Positions 1 to 12,544 of a DNA stretch of 64,000 bases are shown here, one piece after another (position 1 is the first letter of the stretch; each line of letters begins with the position of its first letter). The translations under genes and the position numbers were made by a program. Below the pieces are notes generated by a model. The model ran no database searches. It was not told the origin of the DNA and was given only the letters and a program-made list of their open reading frames with translations. Source of the DNA: Octopus sinensis (Eukaryota). The DNA is taken from NCBI RefSeq assembly GCF_006345805.1, contig NC_043008.1, positions 43,772,001-43,836,000 of the forward strand, given 5' to 3'.

Positions 1-495
1 CACATACAACATAATAATTATATATATGTATATATAATTTATATAGATCTTTATATTATACTCTCTAATTCCCCTACGGGACATATGATTTCATAAACCC
101 ACTATATGTCAATATATTTTATATTTCTCAATTTATTTTGACCCTTAATGTTATATATTCACATTCTTTTTATATTCTTCTATATTCTAAATTCTTATAA
201 TTTTAGTACGTTGCTATTTACATAAATGGTTTTATAACTCCTTGCTTCTTTTCCAAATTACCTTGTTTTTATAGTATGCAGCTGAGTATACAAATTCTTT
301 TATATATATATATTATATATAGTTTTATTGCCCCTACATTATATTATATTATATTTTATGCAATTAAACATTTATTCTTACGAGTGTTTATGTATATAAG
401 TCTGTATGCAAGTGTATATGTAGGTGTGTGTGTATATACTCCATGTAGACGAACTATTTATGTACGTGTGTATGTGTATATAGGTACGTTCGTGT

Positions 496-529
496 ATGTA
501 TATGTATATTAATGTATATGTATATATGT

Positions 530-583
<54 letters not shown>

Positions 584-1194
584 CGGTCTGTTGTTTGTCC
601 TTCTGTCCGTATATCTATCTAACTTTATATATATATGGCGGTGCTCCTGCATGGCCGCAGTCAAATGACAGAAATAACTAAAAGAGTAAAGGAGTATATC
701 CAAGTATATATGTATATATGGAGATGCATATATATGTGTATGTATGTATATATATATGTGTGGTGCATGTGTGTGTAAATAAAGAATGTATACATATATG
801 ATATATAACATATATATATATATAGGATGATCACGTTAGTGGAGAGTAGTGAGCAGAAATCAAGGTAAGTGATTATATATGACATATAGGTAATAATATA
901 TATATGTAATATATATATTAATATATATATAATTAGTAATTTTATATGTTATATATATACCATATATATATAATTATTAATTTAATATATATATATCTAT
1001 ATTTATGTAATTTATATACTGAGATTCAAAAATTGCAGACGACAAAGGAACGAACGGAAAATTCACATTCAAGGTTTGGACATGCTCTTACATACACACA
1101 TACACACACAACACACACACAAACACACACACACAGACATAGACATACGCACGCAGACACACACACACAAACACACATACACACACACACACAC

Positions 1195-1233
<39 letters not shown>

Positions 1234-1236
1234 GTA
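496..1236. repeat. (TA)n/(TG)n/(CA)n microsatellite field
   Basis: Directly visible dinucleotide tracts; overlapping ORFs are YI/HT/CV low-complexity translations. Confidence 0.95.
637..692 (+). mobile_element. SINE 3' tail fragment (GGCGGTGCTCC.GCATGGCCGCAG motif)
   Basis: Same tail motif recurs at ~6575-6610 (+), 30300-30350 (-), 61360-61400 (-) and 63025-63070 (+). Confidence 0.65.
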
Positions 1237-1554
1237 TAGTATCCAGACTATACTTTCTGCTCCTTATGGTTAATATAATCTCTTAATACTTTATTTCTGT
1301 CAAAATAGTCTGTTAGTCATTGCTCGAAGCTTGCCTCATTATCTTACTTCTCACGCTGTATTGTCCCTTTCACCTCAGCCACCTTCTACGAGCTGCTAAT
1401 TCTTGATGTAACACCAACACAATGCTTTAATTCTTGTTCAGGAATCTCCTCATCTATTATGCATATTTAGAAATGTACTTCGATACTCTTTCGAAGATTT
1501 CATTCAAAATCTTTACGTTTGGAGAAAAATACTGAATCCTAGGAAACAGCGTTT

Positions 1555-1585
1555 ATAATACTAATACTACTACTACTACTACTAC

Positions 1586-1648
<63 letters not shown>
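1555..1648. repeat. (TAC)n-(TAA)n microsatellite
   Basis: Direct; abuts the 5' truncation point of the RLE element. Confidence 0.95.
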
Positions 1649-2162
1649 GATGGTATAGGCACACACCAGAAAAGGTCACAGAAAACGAGAAAGCAACCAT
1701 ACTCTGGGATATGCCGATACACACAGATAGAGAAATTAAGGCCAACAGACCAAATATAGTTGTTAGAGAACATGAAGAATAAAAATGCTTTCTAATTGAT
1801 GTATCAATACCGGCAGATGACAACGTGTCTCTAAAAGAAATGGAGAAACTATCAAAATACAAAGACCTGGAAATAGAGGTAACCAGAATGTGGAATCTGA
1901 AAACAGAAACAATTCCTATCATAGTAGGTGCATTACGCATGATAAAAAAATATTCAGACAAATACATAACAAAAACACCAGGACTTACAAACACATATAA
2001 CATACAGAAAATTGCACTACTAAGCACTGCACATATCCTACGCAGAACACTTTCCATACAATAACCATCAGAGCATCACAACAAATCACAGCACATACCC
2101 AAGGCACACAGAGCTGCGCTCGGTAGTGAAGTGAAAGCACGCTATAAAAATAAAACTACTGA
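1649..2162 (+). mobile_element. 5'-truncated R4/Dong-like non-LTR retrotransposon (restriction-like endonuclease C-terminus + 3' UTR)
   Basis: Frame from 1651 reads WYRHTPEKVTENEKATILWDMPIHTDREIKANRPNIVV...*(1780)KCFLIDVSIP...KEMEKLSKYKDLEIEVTRMW...PIIVGAL...QKIALLSTAHILRRTL, the typical RLE pattern (RPD..D..K..KY; here RPN). (TAA)n lies on both sides. Confidence 0.9.
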
Positions 2163-2180
2163 ATAATAATAATAATAATA

Positions 2181-3260
2181 AAGTATCAAGCGATTACATT
2201 TGCTATAAAATACTAGAAAGCTGTTGACTATGTACAGACCGAAAGCTGATATTAACCGATTGCACTTGAAGAGAAACCAGGGTGGAAGAGGCTTATTTGC
2301 TAAGAAAATATGTGTACAAATGAAAGGAAAATATCTGCTAGAATATGTATAGAACAGCACCGAGATATTACTGAAGGTAGTGAATAAAGAAATGGTGATC
2401 AAGTGTGGGATAGGAGAAAAGGACACGGGTGGAAGTCAAAGAGTGCATGTTAAACGAATTAAAGAGAAACATTCATATGGTCAGTTTTGGAGGGCTAATG
2501 ATGTATTTGGAAGAAAATCCTGAACTTCGTTAGCCTTACTCTAGCAGCTCAAAATCCAGCGTTAAAAACAATCAACTTCTGAATTTATGTCTATGGGGAG
2601 GTGTCAACAAAATGTAGAGCATGTGGAATTTGTGGACAGACAATGGCAGAAATAGATGCAGAAAATTCCAAGTTGCCCCAGGGAGGCTATACGAAATGGA
2701 GGCATAATCAATTTGTGAAAGATTTGCACTGGAAGCACAGTAGAAAATGAGGACTTAAAGCTGGAAGTACTTGGTAGGATCATCGAGTTGGAAGGGTGCT
2801 TTAGTCGGGAAAATGCAAGATTTTATGGCCTTTTCCAATTCAAACGGCGAAGAAAAAAAAATAATAAACCATATATAACAATAATAGATAAGAAAAAAAA
2901 ACCGGAGTTGCTTACAAATTGATGAATCACGTGAGTTTGATTCTAAGAGTAAAAAGCAAGAAGATGAAAATAAAAAAAAATTCAATTGCTTAAAATCTGA
3001 AATTGCGAGAATTGGTAGTAGGAAAAGAAGTGCCCATAATATTTGGGGCATTAGGGACCGTGTGTAATGATATAGACAAATGGTTGGAGGAGATTGGAAT
3101 GGAACATCCTGTACAGCTTCCACAGAAAGGTTGCCTCTTAGGAACTGGAACGATTATTAGAAGGGTTTTGAGCACTTGAAACATTATTCAGAGATTGTGA
3201 ATACCTAAGACTACAGGTAGTAACCAGTTACGCATATAATTTTTTCAAGGAATAACACCA
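2181..3260 (+). mobile_element. Older degenerate R4/Dong-like element (post-RT region, zinc-knuckle remnant, RLE, 3' UTR)
   Basis: Motifs TRKLLTMY.PKADINRLHLKRNQGGRGL (~2210-2296), LLAAQ, KCRACG, WRHNQ..KDLHW, KCKILW.FPIQT, IIFGALGTV and QKGCLLGTGTIIRRVL (~3122-3170), with many stops and frameshifts; followed by a (TAA)n array. Confidence 0.8.
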
Positions 3261-3287
3261 AACCTGAATTAAGTCGATTATTTTAAT

Positions 3288-3354
3288 TAATAACATTGAT
3301 AATAATAATGATAATAATAATGATAATAATAATAATGATAATAATAACATTGAC

Positions 3355-3406
<52 letters not shown>

Positions 3407-3419
3407 TTGATAATAATAA

Positions 3420-3465
<46 letters not shown>

Positions 3466-3580
3466 TAATAATAATAATAACATTGATAATAATAATAATA
3501 ATAATAGTAACATTGATAATAATAATATTAATAATAACAACGACGAAGACGACGACGACGACGATGATGATGATGATGAT
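3288..3580. repeat. (TAA)n array with recurring ACATTGAT interruptions, then (GAC)n/(GAT)n
   Basis: Direct. Confidence 0.95.
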
Positions 3581-4090
3581 GTGCGCTGTGAATTCCCGGG
3601 TCTGGCATTTTCGTAGATGTTTCCCCACGGAAGATTCTGTTTGCATGTGTCCCTTAATGCATATATGCAATTTTCTTGTGCTTCCTGTGTAGGATGCGCC
3701 ACATTTGCCGCAGATGATCTCGTATACAACATAGATCATCTGACATTTTTCAGGGTCATTTATGGAGCAGTTTGATAATGTCCCTACTCAGAGTAGTGAA
3801 AGGTGTTGTTCGTGGACAGAGATTTTCTCAGGGATGGGCCGGTGTGCACTATCTGTATATCGAGTCCTTCCCTGCGGACTACGGGTTGTATCGTTACATT
3901 AGTCCTGTCATCAAAGTGTGGTAGCTTTAGGAAGCACGTGCCGGACTTGGGAGTATGAGGGTTCTTCCGGGGTTTATTGACCCTCATACACCAAAGGAAA
4001 CCAACCATCAACAAAAGAAGTGAGTTAGAGGAAGCTAGGTGGTTGCTACAGCAATACATTTCCGCACATGACCTCTTCACACACACGTCC
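3581..4090 (-). mobile_element. Degenerate Penelope-like element C-terminal fragment (GIY-YIG)
   Basis: Minus strand reads FLKLPHFDD...VVRREGLDIQIVHTGPSLRKSLS, then VVYEIICGKCGASYTGSTRKLHICIKGH...SVGKHL (GIY-YIG pattern VVY.I.C..C...YIG.T.R.L..R..EH). Confidence 0.75.
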
Positions 4091-4261
4091 GTCTGCAGAA
4101 TTCATTAATTCCTTGAGGATGGGATTATAACCCCGAAATATTGGATGCAAGGTAAGTTTACATTACTTCACATATTTGTCTTGTGATTTGCCTTGCTTTT
4201 TCTTTGCATTGTTCTAGCCTTACCCGCGATCCTTTATATATACATATAAACATATAGGACT

Positions 4262-4268
4262 CTACTTA

Positions 4269-4316
<48 letters not shown>

Positions 4317-4331
4317 TATATGTATATATAC

Positions 4332-4370
<39 letters not shown>

Positions 4371-4396
4371 CACGTAAACATATACGTCCCTACTTA

Positions 4397-4430
<34 letters not shown>

Positions 4431-4530
4431 TACATACATATATGCATATACACGCAAACCTACTGACGAGCAACACGTGCACGCATGCTCACACGTACAG
4501 ACAAACAAACAGGGAGGCACACACACACAC
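4262..4530. repeat. (TA)n/(CA)n tracts with duplicated CTACTTATGCA(TA)n unit
   Basis: Direct; unit occurs at ~4262 and ~4390. Confidence 0.9.
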
Positions 4531-5064
4531 GCATTTATGTTAGGATACCTTGTTCCGCAGAATCCAGAATTTTCCATGGATCTCGTTGGGAACTAAACTA
4601 GCATTTAGGAAACGTTGCTCTGACATTTTTTTCCTGTTTACCGCCCGCCGCCCACACTTTATGAATTCTAATGAATATAAACAACAACAACAGTAATAAC
4701 AGCAAGACGAAATGGGACGAGAACGGATATCTGTAGGAAAATGCGTAGGTTCACTCGTCCTAGATCAATTATTTATTAGCCAGTACATCCGAGAAGTAGG
4801 TACTCTTTGTAAAATATGACCCTGTCTACAATAAACGGGAAATTAAGCTTTCAATGATTTTATGAGAGAAACGGAAGAAATAAAACAGAAAGCGATGTCA
4901 AACATCATCATGATCATGATCAGGATAAAAAGCAACAACAACAATTATGAATGGTTACAGAATATATAATAAACGTCTGTGGGATACGCATGCATATTTA
5001 ATATACACATACACATATACATGCTTACACTGATACACAATACACACAATATACATCCATCCAC

Positions 5065-5425
<361 letters not shown>

Positions 5426-5670
5426 ATTCTTCTTTAGAAAGTGAAAACTCGAAGCTTATAAAGCTATAAATAGCAGCGTGTGGACATTTGGCTAAAAACA
5501 TAAGCCCAAGTCAGAAGCCCTTAAATTTCAGGAAGAAACTAAGTAGACTTCATCAGCTTCAGTGTTTTAATTCATCGACAACAAGATGAATGAAAGCAAA
5601 CTCGATATAGAGAGGCGTATGAGCAACAAGCAAGTGCAATTCGTTTGACACTCGGGAAAAATGAAAAAGT

Positions 5671-5707
5671 CTTTTACGTTTCGAGCCTACGCTCTTCAAC
5701 AGAAAGC
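5671..5707 (-). ncRNA. Minimal type I hammerhead ribozyme motif (core-mutated) in a small PLE-type element (~5575-5775)
   Basis: Minus strand: CTTT CTGTTGA A GAGC gtag GCTC GAAA CG TA AAAG. One change from CTGATGA; homologous to the 44492-44527 copy. Confidence 0.7.
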
Positions 5708-5794
5708 AATAAGAGAAAATAAACAAACGGAGAGAGAGAGAGAATGAAAAACACATCTAGATTTCAGCGGTCCATGCGCACACATACACTTATG

Positions 5795-5839
<45 letters not shown>

Positions 5840-6441
5840 TGTGTCTTTGCTTGTGCGTGTTTGTGTGCGTGCATTTGTGTGTGCGTGTGTGCATGTGATA
5901 CTCGCGGTACCCCAGTATGACTGCAGTCCAATGGTAGGAGAGAGTAAATGAATGAAATAGTCTCAAGATGTGACGAAAAAATCGATTACATTATATTTTA
6001 GTGAAAGATATTAAAATTTTTCGGCAGCTTTTATTCCAACGCACCACGATGTTATTTCTAACAGAACACTCAGCGCTGTCTGTATGTAGGAAAGACTAAC
6101 TTGAGAAAAATTGTGCATTTCTGTTGATGAGTATACACATGTTTCACTAGAAAGAGACATTACAGGAATATTTCCAACAAGACTGACACCAAATGGAGAC
6201 ATAGCTGGTTAGATTAGTTGTTTGGTACAGAAAATATAAAGTTTTGTATTGTTACAGTGGTCAACTGCTGTGTAAATGTACAGTGGTGAATAGCTCTGTC
6301 GAAAGCAAGTTCTCTGTCCAGATTATAAAATGACATTTATACTTATAATTATTGACGTACTTGGCTACATTAGTAAATATTTAAGTGGAAAAATGACATG
6401 GCAGTGTTTTCATTCCTGGACAATTGCTAGTCTAAACGTTA

Positions 6442-6620
6442 ATGGCCCAGTGGTTAGGGCAGCGGACTCGCGGTTTCGATTCCCAGACTGGGGGTTGCGT
6501 GTGTTTTTTGAGCGAAAACATCTGAAGCTCCACATGGCTCCGGCAGGGAGTGGTGTCGACCCCTGTTGTACGGTGCATCAGCATGGCCGCAGCTCTGAGC
6601 TGAAACTTAACAAAAAAAAA
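6442..6620 (+). mobile_element. tRNA-derived SINE, family B (internally deleted)
   Basis: A box TGGCCCAGTGG, B-box-like GGTTTCGATTCCC; body homologous to 49248-49500; tail CAGCATGGCCGCAGCTC...CTGAAAC plus poly(A). Confidence 0.8.
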
Positions 6621-6689
6621 TTTAACTAATTCTTCTCTGAATATTGCGATTCCAAGAAAGCAGTGATTGAGGAATATGTAAGGGAAAAC

Positions 6690-7420
6690 GTCTGCTATGG
6701 TGAATAAACGTTGGGACGTAAATAAGCTGTAGAGTCCCAAGTAAGAAAACACTGTTGAAACCTGATGACAGTATGGCTTGGCAATAGAAAGGCATTCGAT
6801 TCGGTTCCGATTGTGTTTGTTGGAGCCCCCTGCTGTTGTAGCTGTTGGCGCTGTAAAGTTCAAAGATTTAGTCAACAGCTCTCATATTTGTAGCTGAAGG
6901 CAAAATAATTTCATCGATGTTATAAATGTTTCCAAGGGAATATTCCTAGGCGACAAACTGTCTATGATTCTGTTTATTTTGGTTCGATCCCCACAGTCAT
7001 TTGTTTAAAATGATTCAATGCAGTTGTGTAAAGTTCTACAACATCGGGAGACAACATTGTTATCACTAATTTCTTTGCAGGCGAATTAAAGAACTATGCA
7101 GAAAATATTTATTGAACAGAGAAGCTAATAACTAAAATAAATCCATTTTCACTCAATGAAGGAATGGAATTTGATCGAAAGAAATGTTCATATTTAATAG
7201 ACGAACAGGGAAGAAATGTTCTCGAAACCCACATTAATGATATAGGTTGCTATAAATATCAAATTATTGACAGAATTGAATGCTACAGAGGTGCTGCGAA
7301 CCAAGCTAGAATGACCAAACGTATTATCCCAGACTTACGAAAACTTTCAGATAAGTCGGAGCTATCTTGTCATCCGAAGAAAATATCGAGTAATAAATAT
7401 CCAGTAAAGTGTTTACAGTA
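6690..7420 (+). mobile_element. Degenerate R4/Dong-like reverse transcriptase fragment
   Basis: NLMTVWLGNRKAFDSVP (~6759-6809), KGIFLGDKLSMILF (~6934-6975; cf. GIFQGDSLSP), GELKNYA (cf. DDLKLYA), GMEFDRKKC and YKY, in the expected order. Confidence 0.75.
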
Positions 7421-7429
7421 AAAATACTA

Positions 7430-7665
7430 ATACCTATTTCTTTACTACCCACAAGGGGCTAAACACAGAGAGGACAAACAAGGACAGACAAACGGATTAA
7501 GTCGATTATATCGACCCCAGTGCGTAACTGGTACTTATTTAATCGACCCCGAAAGGATGAAAGGCAAAGTCGACCTCAGCGGTATTTGAACTCAGAATGT
7601 AGCGGCAAACGAAATACCGCTAAGCATTTCGCCCGGCGTGCAAACGTTTCTGCCAGCTCGCCGCC
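7430..7665 (-). mobile_element. tRNA-derived SINE family A, full length, tail type 1
   Basis: Head GGCGGCGAGCTGGCAGAA...GAGTTCAAAT (Pol III A/B boxes), core GCCTTTCATCCTTTCGGGGTCGAT, tail GTTTGTCTGTCCTTGTTTGTCC...GTGGGTAGTAAAGAAATAGG; many copies in the window. Confidence 0.9.
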
Positions 7666-7853
7666 TTTCTGCTATAGGCACAAGGCCGTAAATTTTGGGG
7701 GAGGGAGGCAGCCGATTAGATCAACTCCACTACACAACTGGTACTTAATTTATCAACCCCGAAAGAATGAAAGGCAAACTCGACCTCGGCGGAATTTGGA
7801 CTCAGAACGTAAAGACAGACGGGGTCGATAAACGTTTCTACCAGCTCACCGCC
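7666..7853 (-). mobile_element. SINE family A, tail type 2
   Basis: Same head and core; alternative tail ...CCCCCAAAATTT..GGCCTTGTGCCTA. Confidence 0.85.
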
Positions 7854-8341
7854 TTAAACATCAAATATATAATGGTCAACTGTTATTAGTATTCTTAATG
7901 GCGTCTTTTATATGTCGAAGAATGAAAGTAATTTTTCCACCTTAATTTTAAAATATCACTTTATTCCTACATTTCTAAAACTTCAAATAAATTTTTCTTC
8001 CATTTTTTAAGAGAACGTCATATGCAAATGCCAATACCAGATTCTCGAAGACATTTAAAAAAGAAAAACTAGAAAAAAACTTAAGTGTTTCGTAAAACCA
8101 AGTAAAAACATTTATTTAAAATTGAAAATCCGTTAATGTTAAAGCCAGATTAAAAATTTATATAATTCACTTTCGACAACGTCACTTTTCATTTATTACA
8201 AGTAAGATGCAGGTTTGTTCAGTAAAACCTTTTATAGTTTCATTATCGTTATAAAAGCAAATGTGTGTGTGTGTGTGTGTGTGGTGTGTGTGTGTGTGTG
8301 TTTGTGTGTGTGTGTATAATTCTTTCACAGGAATGTTGTTG

Positions 8342-8386
8342 ACGGTGACTGCAAGGTTTCGGTCAAATAAGCCATCGTCAGACGGT
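8342..8386 (-). ncRNA. Minimal hammerhead ribozyme motif (partly degenerate)
   Basis: Minus strand: ACCGT CTGACGA T GGC ttattt GACC GAAA C cttgca G TC ACCGT. Stem I 4/5 paired, GUC triplet; ~27 nt from a (TG)n tract. Confidence 0.6.
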
Positions 8387-8470
8387 GGCTATATACGTGT
8401 AGAGAAACATTTCATGTTAATGTAAAGTCGTTTTTATTACAACGTAACATTAAAACAAACAAACACCCCC

Positions 8471-8501
<31 letters not shown>

Positions 8502-10299
8502 CATGTATGTGTGCGTTTATGTATGTATCTATATATGTATGTATGTATGCTCTCTACTGTTATTAATTATTTCAATTCATTCTGTAAGGAAAAACCTGGT
8601 TTCAAAAAAGGCATAGATAAAATCCCCATTCTGAAACTGAGAAAACTCTTGCATATTTTAACTGTTCCGCATACAGAATGCACTTGCAATGTGTGATTTA
8701 GCTAATTGTTTTCCTTTTAACAAAACCCTAGATTGTCACTCAGTCATTTACTCACGAAACCAAGTGGATTCATTAGTATTAGTACAAATTCGAGTTTACA
8801 ATCTGGGTATAGAAGCTGGAGGTTTCGAAACAATTGTCCGTAGTTATTCTCTTTCATTGTAAAAAGCTTTAAGCATAGGCATAATTTGATTTTAACGCCT
8901 TTGTTAACATCTCCATACTGAGTTGCTTGATTGGCGATCCGTAACACAGAAAAAGCAAAACACAATGAAAAATTCCATGATGGAGCGAAGACATGCTTCC
9001 ATGTACAGAGTAAGCCCAATGCACCCCTATTCTAAGAGGTGGCTATCGTTGTAAAACTAGTGTAAAAAGTGTAGGCCCCTAGCAGAACAGAAAAAACATA
9101 TCTGTACTGTTTATGTTAAGGAAATCAAACAATCGATGGCATTGAACGAAATATCATTGCAGCCATTACCTGTGTCTGTCTGTTTATTTGTCCGTTTGTC
9201 TATATACATTTCTATACATGTACGTAAGTATGTATGATTCCATAATGCAGGTCTGCTCTTCGATTTCTGTCGTGTCAAGAGGGAAATAAATATATTTCTT
9301 GTATAAGAGACAAGTTTTGTACAAGTCATCCCGTAAGTTCCGTCCGATTTTACCTTTTTTAGAGGGTTTTTGGTAACTAATTGTTAGGCGGCGCTGTACT
9401 CGTCAAACAGCTTCATTAGTTCAATATCTTCTCTGTTTCTGGAAAAGTAGCCGGAAATCTTCATGAAATTTATTTTGATTGTAGCCTTTACATTCACCTT
9501 GGTTTGTCGTGGTGTTGAATTAGGAATTCGGTTCTGATTATAACGTCCACAAATGACCTGCAGCGCTGGTAAACTCTCTCTTCCTTCACAAGCTTCCACT
9601 TTAAAATATACGAAATAACAAGGAAGCCTTTAGGCTGTCATTGCTACAAATAACAGCCAAATATATCTTGAATCCTTTTTGGCATTTTTAAGAAGATATG
9701 GTCATAGAATATGAATGAACAAAAGAAGAATTCCAACCAAGATTTGTGGTTCGCTACCTAAACAGATCCTTTATAGGATCCACTGGCTAAGGATATCATG
9801 AGGAGGAACCACGTCCGGTTTTGGTTCCTACTCATCTACCGATTTCGACGTGGCTCCCTCACTTTCGGAGGTGATTTCATCTTCGGTGTTGAGTGAATTT
9901 TTTTCCCTTTTTTCTTTGGCCCTTTATTCTTTGGTGGTTTCGCAGCAGCATCAGCGAATGTCAGCGGGTGAATGACCATCCTGCCCAATTACCTTATAAA
10001 TACTCGCCGGTAGGCTTCAGCAGGTAGCGCCAGCTAACTGCCACGTGACACAATTTAAACTTCACCTGACCAATGGAGGGGAAGGGTGCGTAGTTTTGGC
10101 CCGCGCCCTCTCTAGACTTACCTTCTAACAGGTAGGTGTAGAAAACAAAAGAAAAGAAACAGTACCATAGAATTCTGGTAGGTTTCTTTATCGGTGGTTT
10201 TCTGGTTCAGGGTTAACCTTAACTCAAAACCTCTGGATCGGGTTTGACCTAGAAGGGCGATAAGCAACAAAGACACAACAAGAGCAATAATAATAATAA

Positions 10300-10719
10300 C
10301 GGTTACAAATTTTGGAAAGCCAGTAATTTTGGGGGAAGGTGTAAGTCGATTGCATCGACCCAAGTACTCAACTGGTACTTATTTCATTGATCCCGAGAGA
10401 ATGAATGGTAAAGATCACCTCAGTGGAATTTGAACTCAGAACGTAAAGACAGAAGAAATACTGCTAAACATCTATCCGGCGTGCTAACTATTCTGCCAGC
10501 TCTCCGCCTTGTTTATAATTATGATAACCCTTCTAGTATAGGCACAAGGCCTGATATTTGCGGGAGGGAGATAGCCTATTATACCGACTCTAGTACTCAG
10601 CTCCGAAAGGTTGAAAGGCAAAGTCGACCTGCGCGGAATTTCAACTCAGAACGCAAGGACGGACGAAATGCCGCAAAGCATTTTGCCCGGCGCGCTAACG
10701 AGTCTGCAAGCTCACCGCC
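10300..10719 (-). mobile_element. Two tandem SINE family A copies (10300-10508; 10528-10719)
   Basis: Head/core homology; tail variants; flanked by (TAA)n. Confidence 0.85.
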
Positions 10720-10724
10720 TCCTT

Positions 10725-10725
<1 letters not shown>

Positions 10726-10791
<66 letters not shown>

Positions 10792-10862
10792 GTTAACAGC
10801 AGCAAAAACAAAGCAACATCGGCAGTAGCAGCAGCAACAACAACAACTGCAGCAACAATAAC
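10726..10862. repeat. (TAA)n then (CAG/CAA)n
   Basis: Direct. Confidence 0.9.
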
Positions 10863-11418
10863 ACGTCTACCATAAATTTTTTTATATTTATATTTATAAC
10901 GAGAAATTCCACGAGAAGATACAAAAAATATCCAAAAATATCAAAAAAAAAATTCTCTTAAATAAAATGTAGGAATCGTTATTTATTCTAACACAATACA
11001 GACAAACTGATTACGGGGTGCCGTGGATTTATGATAAACATATTCATAATTGACAAGCGTTACGTAAATGGGAGATTGCATCATTCGTAATAAGTGGAAG
11101 GCGAAAAAAAAAAGGTCAACGACTCCATCGAACGATATAAATATACTTGTAGCAGAGTATTGATTCTTGCAAGAAGTTTTTCATAACCAGTTGCACAATC
11201 AACATATTTTATGACCCTATATCTGTTCTCGTTGAAAATGCTATCGTTGTAATGATCTGTGGATGGGTTGGATGGTTAGATCGCCAATAAGAAGAAATCT
11301 TCAATCATTGCAACAATTACATAAGTACTTGGCGCTAATGCTACAATAATAATAATGATAATAATAATGATGATGATGATGATAACGGAAGAAAATTTGA
11401 AGAAGGAAATAATAATAA

Positions 11419-11631
11419 CCTTTTCTGCCCTAGGCACAAGGCCCGAAATTTTGGGGTAGGGAGCCAGTCGATTAGATCAACTCCAGTACGCAACTGCTAT
11501 TCAATTTATCGACCTTGAAACGATAAAAGGCAAAGTCGACCTCGGTGGAATTTGGACTCAGAACACAAAGACAGAAGAAATACCGCTAAAAATTTTGGCC
11601 GGTGTGCTAACGATTCTGCCAGCTTACCACC
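11419..11631 (-). mobile_element. SINE family A, tail type 2, inside (TAA)n/(TGA)n
   Basis: Head/core homology; AATAAT tracts on both sides. Confidence 0.85.
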
Positions 11632-11656
11632 AATAATAATAATAATAATAATATTA

Positions 11657-11697
<41 letters not shown>

Positions 11698-12309
11698 GAT
11701 GAAGATGATGATGATAATTCTTTGTTTAATATAATAAAAGTAATACTATTTCTGTAAGTTCTCAGAAATATTATATTTTTGTTTAAAATGCACAACTTTG
11801 CAACGTAAATAAAAACATTAGGAGTTTGGTGTTCTGTCTAGGAAATATCGGTTTTACTATTAGAAGAATATTAACAGTGTAAGTAGAAGGAAGTTTTATT
11901 TAAACAGATCGGGACTACAGCTATTTGATTCTCATTTACACCTCCAGATAAGTATTAAGTGGTTGCGGCATACCGGTTTATTACAAAATCTAAATATTGA
12001 TTTACAACAATTGCACAAGATCACAAAGTTTATGTGTGGATATGGTCAATAAGATCAGCTCCACTACTTAGATGCTAATTCATTCTATCGGAAGTCGACT
12101 CTGGCGCAAATGGAACTGAGAACGTCCAGGGATGTAACTAAAGCAGCAAGGCGTTTGAGCCAACTCATTTCCGTTTTTACCATCCACCAACATTTTTGTC
12201 AACAGATTTGCATAATCTGCTACGCATTGCCATCTTATATGACACCCAATCACGAATTTGTTCAACGTTCAATCGAATCTATCAACCCATAGATGCTTAA
12301 TGGATTTAA

Positions 12310-12543
12310 GGCGGCGAGCTGGCAGAACCGTTAGCACTCCGGGCGAAATGCGTAGCCGTATTTCGTCTGTCGTTGAGTTCTGAGTTCAAATTCCGCCGAT
12401 CGACTTTGCCTTTCATCCTTTCGGGGTCTATTAAATAAGTACCAGTTACGCACTGGCGTCGATATAATCGACTTCATCAGTTTGTCTGTCCTTGTTTGTC
12501 CCCTCTGTGTTGAGCCCCTTGTGGGTAGTAATGAAATAGGTAT
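12310..12543 (+). mobile_element. SINE family A, full length, tail type 1
   Basis: GGCGGCGAGCTGGCAGAACCGTTAGC...GAGTTCAAATTCC...GAAATAGGTAT. Confidence 0.9.
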
Positions 12544-12544
12544 A

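Noticed and set aside
820-870. Exon-like AG...AAG|GTAAGT segment
   Set aside because: No polypyrimidine tract, embedded in TA repeats, no partner exons.
12310-12400. tRNA gene-like sequences (also 49248, 59769, 60402)
   Set aside because: Heads of multi-copy SINEs; no proper acceptor stem and they continue into SINE bodies.
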